A stretch of 64,000 bases of DNA, taken from positions 19,096,001 to 19,160,000 of the forward strand of contig CM097884.1 in assembly GCA_044892505.1 (NCBI GenBank). The letters are read 5' to 3'. The translations under genes and the position numbers were made by a program. Shown here one piece after another: positions 37,391 through 48,100 of the stretch. Below the pieces are notes generated by a model. The model saw nothing but the letters and a program-made list of their open reading frames with translations, was not told where the DNA came from and did not search any database. Position 1 is the stretch's first letter. Every line of letters begins with the position of its first letter. Source of the DNA: Schmidtea nova. Lineage: Eukaryota.

Positions 37391-38656
37391 GTTTTTTCCG
37401 TCTTCTCTCAATGTAGTATATTTTTCAGGAACATTGTATCTATCTGCCATATCGCTGTGAGCCATTCTGAAATCATGGCTGTTTTCGGTGTAATCTCTTC
37501 TTTCAGATTTGGAATCTTCTTCTTCTATGCAGGCTATTCTTTGATATCGACGGGGCACCTCTTTCCGTAACGAAAAACAATCTCGGAATCCGTGTCCCTC
37601 TTTACCACATATCAGGCATTTATTTCCCAGTGGGCACTCATATCTTTTGTGTCCCCTTTCGCCACAGCAAAAACAATCACCTACTGTTAATTTTGGAGCC
37701 GGTGCTTGTGGTAGTCCTCTACTTTCGTTATAAATCTTTCTTGCTATATTCTTCATGGAAATTGTTGGTAGTTTCCTTTCTGAGCAATCTTGGATTCTAA
37801 CATTTCTCAAAAATTGTTCTTTTGGGAATTGTTCTCGTCGACCGCGGTTATTTTCTTCGAATTGTATCGGATGTTCATCTCTTCTTGGTCTGTGATGACT
37901 AAATGGGTCTTCTGATTGTCTTCTTTGTGATGGTGTAGGTCTGGTATCTTGAGTATTCTGTTGAATTCTCATTTGCCCTCCATCAATCACGCTGGCATAT
38001 GTTCTTTTACCAATTGATTTAATAAATTCAGTTTTATTGCTTCCCTTTTGGTTACTCTCAAAAATCTTCGCCATTGATCTCGTTTCTTCAATTTTTGTTT
38101 CTGGTTTTGTCAATAATATCTCCTTCAATCTCGCATCGCGTGCTTTATTTGCGATGAGATCTTGAACAATATCTTCTTCTGATCATCCTGAATTTATGAC
38201 TTCAGCTAAAGCTTTCCTTAATCGAATCTCGAAAGCTGCAAAACGTTCATCATCTTCCTGTTCCAGAACTGCCAATTCTCTGATTTTGTCAGTTATTGAC
38301 TTCGTAATTGTGAAAGTATTTAGGAACCAAGTTTTGGCTTTCACGTCTGTTGTTTCTGTTTCTCTGACGTTTCCCCACAATGTCTTAGCTTCTGCCACTA
38401 ATAACACATCGAAGGTGCTTGTCAATCGCTGTCCATTTGTCAACAGCCATTCTTCTATGTCTCTGATCCATTCTTCTGCTTCTTTCGATCCTCGTCCATC
38501 ATATCGTCTGATATTCAGCGTGAGCATATCTTGGCATGATTTTGGTAGGCATTCCATTAACGTCTTTGTTGATTTCGAAACTGCATTGACATTCTGATTT
38601 TCGGCGTGGTCGCCAGTTAAATCAAACTCGGTTTTAAAAGACTGAACTTCCTTCAT
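37343..38656 (-). pseudogene. gag: gag of element 2, one in-frame TGA at 38183-38185
   Basis: ORFs 38183..38656 and 37343..38128 are in the same frame; knuckles CFCCGERGHKRYEC and CLICGKEGHGFRDC. Confidence 0.9.
37353..37397 (-). promoter_or_regulatory. -1 ribosomal frameshift signal of element 2
   Basis: A AAA AAC (37397-37391) in the gag frame, 6-nt spacer, hairpin GACTCCA...TGGAGTC. The -1 frame reads without a stop into ATG 37295 of pol. Confidence 0.85.
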
Positions 38657-38736
38657 AGATTTATTTCAATTAAAATTTTATAAAAAGTGCCAAAATACTC
38701 AATTATTAAAACACCAGTTAATTTAAATATCCAACT
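38615..38736 (-). repeat. 5' LTR of element 2 (122 bp, AGTT...AACT)
   Basis: Direct repeat of 34104-34224; its last T overlaps the PBS TGGCGACCACGCC. Confidence 0.92.
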
Positions 38737-39089
38737 TATATAATATCTTTAAAAACTTTTTTATGTTTTTATAATACTAACGGATATAATCAAAAAGTAA
38801 GTGTCCTACTATCTAAATAGTAAGTGGAAAAATATTTTAAAATACACCTATTTGATATCAACCTCCTATATGATTTTATTAGTTATTATTATTTTAAATT
38901 TATTTTAAATAATTAAATAATAAAATATATGGCGAATTGTTTATTCATATCAGTTTATTTCAAAAGCAAATTGTGAAATTTAAAATCATTGATAATTATT
39001 TTAAGTATTTGTTTTTTTATTTTTAAATCTGTAACAACATATAATAATTCTTTATAATTGACACAAATTGTAAGAATTCAATATTAAAA

Positions 39090-42000
39090 ATGAATCATTC
39101 AATGCATATCATGAAAGATGCTATGAAGAATCAGTCGGTTCATAAATGCAATCATTCAATGCATCAGTCAATGAAACACGGAGCTGCTGGATCTAATCAC
39201 AGCGGAATGACAGTACTTTTATTAATTTCTTGTAATTATTTTCCAGTAAATCTAGATGTATTTCAATATGGCCAATCCATTTTATCTATTTCTTAAAGAA
39301 TTATTTATTACATCTAATGGAGGTTTGTTAATGAATTCTTCTTATTTTAATTTTATTGTTATTTATTATTGTTTTATTATTGATAAATTCATATAACATT
39401 TAGCTATTTGCGGCGGCGCGATCGTTCTGTTTGTTTTAACAATCTTTTATGAAGGACTGAAAGTAAATTTTTAAATAATTAATAAATGATAACTAAATGC
39501 AAATTTTGATCACTTATTATTGTGTGTTTTCCACGTTTGAACTCAAATAAAATCATAGTGCATAATTGGTCTATTTAAGTTATTAAGCAAATCCTTCGAG
39601 TGAATAATTCAATTGTAGTTATGAAACAAAAATTATATTTGTAAACGAAAGACAATCAAGAAAATATTTTGAATAGCATTGAAATCATTTGTTGACAATT
39701 AGAAAGAATTACTTCACTGTATGAGAAAAAGGGACAATAAAATTTAAATTGATTAAAAATGTTGGTAAAATGCAATTTGTTGTAAATAGACTGCGTGTGC
39801 GAAGTACCGAAACTACTAACATTTTAATCTCGACCGGAATACCCATTTCTTTCCTAGCAATGCCACTCAACACAGCTGGAAAAACTAATTCAAAGATGTA
39901 TGGAAATGGTTCTATTATTCTAACCACATTCTCCACTTGTACGACTTTGATCCTTATTATTTATTTTATCTTTATGAAATTCCATTTCAGAAGGGAATTC
40001 ATTAAAACAGTAATTTATTATATTGTCTCATACCACTTGTCGTAGGAATTTTTGGTATTTCCGGCGCTCGTTCGACCATCACGTCAGTACAGAAGAAATG
40101 TTGCACCGGTCCCTGACACACTTAAAAATGACATGGATGAATGATTTAAATTTCATTTTATGTTATTCTTGAAATTACACAACAAAAATTATATATATTA
40201 CTCATATTACGAACAATATCCTTAGAACGAAAACTAAAGGACATAATATTACGTAACGGAACCTACTCCAAACGTTGCCAGGAGCTACAACAATTAGACG
40301 AACAGTGACACTGAACATTTGAAAACATTCAAACTTGGAAAACTAATTACATTTAAAAATAATAATAAATTCTCAATTTACATTTATTGTTACTTGATTG
40401 TCATTAATTAGACATATCGGGAAGTTCTGCTATATCAGAAAATCAGAAAGAATCGTAAATATTTAATAAATGAAAGCATTACGCCGTCGACATTGTTGAA
40501 TGAAAACCATCACGATATTACACCAGCGGGGGATGCTGAGATAATTACACCTAATAATTCATCAGGCACTTTCAGATTGTAAGGATATTTCATTTTCAAT
40601 AAATGTTTAATATATTATCGGTAGTTATATTACATTTTATTTTTATTTTGTTTTTTTCTTAATTTAATTTTTCTTTTATTATTTTCTTCTTATAATATTT
40701 TTTGTTAATTTTATTTTTAAAAATATTTTTCTAATTATTAAAAAATTTTTAATATTAATTTTTTTCTTATTTTTGTTTATTATTATTAAATTATTATTAA
40801 TAATTATTATTGTTAATTTTATTTTTTCTTATTTTTATAATTATAAATTTTCTTATTATAAATTTTTTTATTAAATTAATTTTTATTATAAATTATATTC
40901 GTATATTTATTGTTAATAATTTTTTATTATACATTTTTTACTAATTATTATTAATTTTATTCTTATTTTTATTTATTTCTTGTTATTCTTATTTTTTCTT
41001 TGTTTCTTATTATTAAATTTTTTTAATATTATTATATAACATAATAGCTTCAATTATTAAATATTAAATAATTATGTCAATTGTTATTAATTTTATTTGT
41101 ATTTTTTATATAATTATTATTTTTAATATTATAATTAATTATAATTAACATTCTTCTATTTTTAACATGTTCTATTTTCTTTTTCTGAAATTTTCATTTT
41201 CTCTCTTGATAATGTGCTGAAAATTTTGATTGTAATTATATTTGATTTTAATAAAATCAGTGATTTATTCTCATTAATGTTTTGCATTACTAGTAAATTA
41301 ATTATTATTCTNNNNNNNNNNNNNNNNNNNNNNNNNNNNNNNNNNNNNNNNNNNNNNNNNNNNNNNNNNNNNNNNNNNNNNNNNNNNNNNNNNNNNNNNN
41401 NNNNNNNNNNNNNNNNNNNNNNNNNNNNNNNNNNNNNNNNNNNNNNNNNNNNNNNNNNNNNNNNNNNNNNNNNNNNNNNNNNNNNNNNNNNNNNNNNNNN
41501 NNNNNNNNNNNNNNNNNNNNNNNNNNNNNNNNNNNNNNNNNNNNNNNNNNNNNNNNNNNNNNNNNNNNNNNNNNNNNNNNNNNNNNNNNNNNNNNNNNNN
41601 NNNNNNNNNNNNNNNNNNNNNNNNNNNNNNNNNNNNNNNNNNNNNNNNNNNNNNNNNNNNNNNNNNNNNNNNNNNNNNNNNNNNNNNNNNNNNNNNNNNN
41701 NNNNNNNNNNNNNNNNNNNNNNNNNNNNNNNNNNNNNNNNNNNNNNNNNNNNNNNNNNNNNNNNNNNNNNNNNNNNNNNNNNNNNNNNNNNNNNNNNNNN
41801 NNNNNNNNNNNNNNNNNNNNCTATTTCTGAAATTTTCATTTTCTCTCTTGATAATGTGCTGAAAATTCTGATTGTAGAATTTGGATCAATTCATTTGTTT
41901 TCATATTTAATTGAATTTGAGGATCTGGAACTCCATATTTTTTTATATCAAAATGTTTTTTATCCTTAGGATGCTAAGAAATTTCAATGAAATTGTCTGT

Positions 42001-42124
42001 TGTTAAATCTCCCTTATGAATTATTTCCACTTGTACGCTTTCGGGAGTGATTATTTCTTTACTGACTTAGTTACAGTAGGAACTATATTATTGCTCTTTA
42101 TTCTATCTGCCGATTCTAATTTAG

Positions 42125-42190
<66 letters not shown>

Positions 42191-45100
42191 CAATAATTCT
42201 CATAATGACTATAGATCAAAATTTTTTTTATAAACAATAACACAATATTTCGGCACAGCCTTTATCAAGTGTGTATTTCTATCGTTATATTTACTTAATC
42301 CTAAATAGTAGCCTTAATTATTTTTTTAATATTTTATAATGATTTTATTGGATGAAAAAATTTATTTTATTTTAATTTTTTTGTGCGAATTGAATGTTGA
42401 TGGACGGTTTGTATTTTTTTATGAAAAAAGTCTCGGAAGCTAATCTTTGTAATGAATTTTTGAATCCCTCTTGTAGGATCTGGCATTTTGTTTCTTCTAT
42501 AGATGGAGTTGTTTTATGTACTTTTTCCCAGTGTTCGTAATAATTACTGGTTTTGATTTTAGTATGTTCATTAAGTCGGGTGCGAAAAGTTCTATGTGTT
42601 TCTCCTATGTAAGTAGCGTCACATTTTTGACAAGAAAGTTTATATACTATATTTTTGGAAAAGCAAAAGCATCGGGTTGTGGAACGACAAAGACATTTAT
42701 GTTTGGAGATGTTGGAAATTGGTGGCTTTCGGAGTTGTGATTTTAACGGTGCGGAGGTTATGAACGTTGGACGGATGTGGATAGGCAAATCTGTTTGATT
42801 AAAAATGTTGGTGATTTTGTTGGCTGTAGTGTCATTTAGGAAAGGTAATCTTAGATATGTTGTGTGTTTGTTATTGTTATTGTGTTTCTGGCGTTTTCTA
42901 TTGTTGCGTTTATTGTGGTATGGTTCGTTAAGGAAGTGTTTCTTTACAAAGTCTTCAGGGTATCCATTTTGGAGGAATCGTATTTTGAAGTTTTCTAGTG
43001 TTTCTTGTATTTTGTTTGCGTCTGAACAGTTTCTTATGGCTCTTTTTCTTTCTCCTATTAGTAATGCGATTTTGCGTTGAAGTGGAACGTGGCTTTTCCA
43101 TGGGAGGATATGACCGCTATGTAAACCTTTAGAATATAGCTCGGTGTTTGCATTTAGTGTATCTTGGCCTTTTGTAAAACTTACCATGGTATCTAAAAAC
43201 GGTATTTTACCTTCTGTGTTCGGTGTTTCAAAAGTAAATTGTATGTTGGTGTTAGTAGAATTTGCGTGTGATAGGATTTGATTGAGAGGGATTGTGGAGA
43301 CTATGAAGATGTCGTCGATGTATCGTTTCCAGAAAAGTATTTTGTCCCCAAAAAAAGATATGATCTTAGATTCTATAAAGTTCATGTAGAAGATGGCTAA
43401 GATGGGAGAAAGGTTATTACCCATGGCTAATCCATGAATTTGTTTGAATGGTTTTTCTTTAATTATGACAGTATCTGAATTTATTGCTAATTTTAGAAGT
43501 TCTATAAAGTCTTGTTTAGTTAAGTCTGCGAGGTCAGTGTTGGCTTTATGAGTTTCAAAGAAAGAAGCTGCGATATCGAAAATGTTATTCTCTCCGTGAA
43601 GAGGAATAGATCCGTAAAGATTGGAAACGTCAAGCGATCCCCAGAAGTACTGTTGTCCTGAGTTTAACGGAAGAGACGTATTTGTAATTTCGGAGACGAA
43701 TTCAGTTGTGTTTTTAAGATGAGAAGGAACCAAAGGCAAAAATGTTTTTAGAATTTCTGAAAGAACTTTAGAAAGTGTTGTGGAAGGAGTGTCAACTGCG
43801 GATACAAGAGGTCTACCTTTTAAAGGACTTTTGTGATCTTTAGGTAACATAGTCATATTACTAGGTAAAGGCTCACTGCAGTTGCATTTTAAAAGTAAAT
43901 CTTTGATTTGAAGGTTAATTTGTTTATTTGCAAGTGTTGAAAGTTTCTTATTGTATAAAATCTGAGTCGATGCAGGTAAGATTATTTTGTTTATCGGTTC
44001 ATAGTTCGAGAGATGTTCTTCAAATAGAGTATTGTATTGTTCTGTGTCAAGAGCAATTAGTCGATTTGTTTTATCTGATGGAAGAATTGTGAAGTCTTTG
44101 GAATTCTTAATTTTCTTTATGTTTGAAGTGAAGGAATTTTGTGTTGAGCAATGTTTTTCAAGAAAGATAATTTGTTCTCTGACTAAAGTTTTGACTTTAG
44201 TTTCTAAACAGCTGAGTTTTTCTTCAAGTTCAGTCGAAAAGACATGCATATTTGGATATGTTCTACGATTTGGATCCAGAAGATGATTGTGCTTTTCAGC
44301 TAAACTTGAAGATTTGGTGGATGAAATTGGTTTTAGATGGTATCCTATTTGTCTTCTTAGGCTTATAAGAGAGGCGTTAGTGATGATTTCGGCTTTTTCT
44401 AAATCTTTCTGGTTAGGTGGAGGAACAAAAGATGGTCCTAGAGCGAGGATGTTTTCTTGTGTTTTTGAAAAAATGTGATTAGATTTGTTTGTAAATGGAA
44501 GAATTGAATTTGAGTGTGAGTTAGTGTCTTTACTAAAATCTTTACTAAAAATCTTTACTAAAATCAAAACCAGTAATTATTACGAACACTGGGAAAAAGT
44601 ACATAAAACAACTCCATCTATAGAAGAAACAAAATGCCAGATCCTACAAGAGGGATTCAAAAATTCATTACAAAGATTAGCTTCCGAGACTTTTTTCATA
44701 AAAAAATACAAACCGTCCATCAACATTCAATTCGCACAAAAAAATTAAAATAAAATAAATTTTTTCATCCAATAAAATCATTATAAAATATTAAAAAAAT
44801 AATTAAGGCTACTATTTAGGATTAAGTAAATATAACGATAGAAATACACACTTGATAAAGGCTGTGCCGAAATATTGTGTTATTGTTTATAAAAAAAATT
44901 TTGATCTATAGTCATTATGAGAATTATTGATAATAATAATAAAAAAAGATCAAAGGTGAAAAAAGATAATTATGATAGTATATTGGCGGACGCCCATCAC
45001 CGAGTAGATCTATCGTTATTTTATAGTCTCAAAATCATCAAAATCAAATCACACTTACATTTTTTAAAAGAATGCAAAAGAAGAAACATCATTCCCGTGG

Positions 45101-48100
45101 GCCTGACTGTTACCAACAAACTGGAATCAACCTATCCATCTTTACAAGCATTGAAGCTTAAAGAAAAACAGGAAAAAGAATGGCTTAAGCTTAGCATTTC
45201 AGCTTGTTACAAAAAGCTAAACGAATTTACTAGTTTTCCTTGTGCTCCTCTTACTTGTGAAGATAATACTTGTTGCCAGAATTTCTCCAAAAATCTCGAC
45301 ATTCGCAAGCATAAAAAATTAGAAAAGCTACTTTCAACAAATTCAAACAACACTAAAGACACTAACTCACACTCAAATTCAATTCTTCCATTTACAAACA
45401 AATCTAATCACATTTTTTCAAAAACACAAGAAAATATCCTCGCTCTAGGACCATCTTTTGTTCCTCCATCTAACCAGAAAGATTTAGAAAAAGCCGAAAT
45501 CATCACTAACGCCTCTCTTATAAGCCTAAGAAGACAAATAGGATACCATCTAAAACCAATTTCATCCACCAAATCTTCAAGTTTAGCTGAAAAGCACAAT
45601 CATCTTCTGGATCCAAATCGTAGAACATATCCAAATATGCCTGTCTTTTCGACTGAACTTGAAGAAAAACTCAGCTGTTTAGAAACTAAAGTCAAAACTT
45701 TAGTCAGAGAACAAATTATCTTTCTTGAAAAACATTGCTCAACACAAAATTCCTTCACTTCAAACATAAAGAAAATTAAGAATTCCAAAGACTTCACAAT
45801 TCTTCCATCAGATAAAACAAATCGACTAATTTCTCTTGACACAGAACAATACAATACTCTATTTGAAGAACATCTCTCGAACTATGAACCGATAAACAAA
45901 ATAATCTTACCTGCATCGACTCAGATTTTATACAATAAGAAACTTTCAACACTTGCAAATAAACAAATTAACCTTCAAATCAAAGATTTACTTTTAAAAT
46001 GCAACTGCAGTGAGCCTTTACCTAGTAATATGACTATGTTACCTAAAGATCACAAAAGTCCTTTAAAAGGTAGACCTCTTGTATCTGCAGTTGACACTCC
46101 TTCCACAACACTTTCTAAAGTTCTTTCAGAAATTCTAAAAACACTTTTACCTTTGGTTCCTTCTCATCTTAAAAACACAACTGAATTCGTCTCCGAAATT
46201 ACAAATACGTCTCTTCCGTTAAACTCAGGACAACAGTACTTCTGGGGATCTCTTGACGTTTCCAATCTTTACGGATCTATTCCTCTTCACGGAGAGAATA
46301 ACATTTTCGATATCGCAGCTTCTTTCTTTGAAACTCATAAAGCCAATACTGACCTCGCAGACTTAACTAAACAAGACTTTATAGAACTTCTAAAATTAGC
46401 AATAAATTCAGATACTGTCATAATTAAAGAAAAACCATTCAAACAAATTCATGGATTAGCCATGGGTAATAACCTTTCTCCCATCTTAGCCATCTTCTAC
46501 ATGAACTTTATAGAATCTAAGATCATATCTTTTTTTGGGGACAAAATACTTTTCTGGAAACGATACATCGATGACATCTTCATAGTCTCCACAATCCCTC
46601 TCAATCAAATCCTATCACACGCAAATTCTACTAACACCAACATACAATTTACTTTTGAAACACCGAACACAGAAGGTAAAATACCGTTTTTAGATACCAT
46701 GGTAAGTTTTACAAAAGGCCAAGATACACTAAATGCAAACACCGAGCTATATTCTAAAGGTTTACATAGCGGTCATATCCTCCCATGGAAAAGCCACGTT
46801 CCACTTCAACGCAAAATCGCATTACTAATAGGAGAAAGAAAAAGAGCCATAAGAAACTGTTCAGACGCAAACAAAATACAAGAAACATTAGAAAACTTCA
46901 AAATACGATTCCTCCAAAATGGATACCCTGAAGACTTTGTAAAGAAACACTTCCTTAACGAACCATACCACAATAAACGCAACAATAGAAAACGCCAGAA
47001 ACACAATAACAATAACAAACACACAACATATCTAAGATTACCTTTCCTAAATGACACTACAGCCAACAAAATCACCAACATTTTTAATCAAACAGATTTG
47101 CCTATCCACATCCGTCCAACGTTCATAACCTCCGCACCGTTAAAATCACAACTCCGAAAGCCACCAATTTCCAACATCTCCAAACATAAATGTCTTTGTC
47201 GTTCCACAACCCGATGCTTTTGCTTTTCCAAAAATATAGTATATAAACTTTCTTGTCAAAAATGTGACGCTACTTACATAGGAGAAACACATAGAACTTT
47301 TCGCACCCGACTTAATGAACATACTAAAATCAAAACCAGTAATTATTACGAACACTGGGAAAAAGTACATAAAACAACTCCATCTATAGAAGAAACAAAA
47401 TGCCAGATCCTACAAGAGGGATTCAAAAATTCATTACAAAGATTAGCTTCCGAGACTTTTTTCATAAAAAAATACAAACCGTCCATCAACATTCAATTCG
47501 CACAAAAAAATTAAAATAAAATAAATTTTTTCATCCAATAAAATCATTATAAAATATTAAAAAAATAATTAAGGCTACTATTTAGGATTAAGTAAATATA
47601 ACGATAGAAATACACACTTGATAAAGGCTGTGCCGAAATATTGTGTTATTGTTTATAAAAAAAATTTTGATCTATAGTCATTATGAGAATTATTGATAAT
47701 AATAATAAAAAAAGATCAAAGGTNNNNNNNNNNNNNNNNNNNNNNNNNNNNNNNNNNNNNNNNNNNNNNNNNNNNNNNNNNNNNNNNNNNNNNNNNNNNN
47801 NNNNNNNNNNNNNNNNNNNNNNNNNNNNNNNNNNNNNNNNNNNNNNNNNNNNNNNNNNNNNNNNNNNNNNNNNNNNNTTTCATTAATTTTTTGCATTGCT
47901 AGTAAATTAATTATTATTTTATTNNNNNNNNNNNNNNNNNNNNNNNNNNNNNNNNNNNNNNNNNNNNNNNNNNNNNNNNNNNNNNNNNNNNNNNNNNNNN
48001 NNNNNNNNNNNNNNNNNNNNNNNNNNNNNNNNNNNNNNNNNNNNNNNNNNNNNNNNNNNNNNNNNNNNNNNNNNNNNNNNNNNNNNNNNNNNNNNNNNNN

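Larger units (their letters stand above)
34104..38736 (-). mobile_element. complete Ty3/Gypsy LTR retrotransposon (element 2), 4.63 kb
   Basis: Two LTRs, PBS at 38603-38615, PPT AAGAAGGGGAG at 34235-34225, flanking TATAT on both sides (34099-34103, 38737-38741), gag-PR-RT-RH-IN order. Confidence 0.96.
44555..47723 (+). mobile_element. full-length Penelope-like element with tandem pseudo-LTRs (repeat period 2766 bp)
   Basis: 44555-44970 (ORF 3' end, 3' UTR, ORF start) repeats at 47321-47723; typical PLE partial-tandem layout. Confidence 0.95.

Noticed and set aside
44956-45007. Possible 5' intron in Penelope (AAG|GTGAAA...GTAG)
   Set aside because: Removing the 52 nt shifts the frame to an early stop, and the unspliced ORF is already open.
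42516-47370. Short antisense ORFs over the Penelope, Gypsy and hAT coding regions
   Set aside because: Shadow ORFs of real coding sequence, with no independent support.
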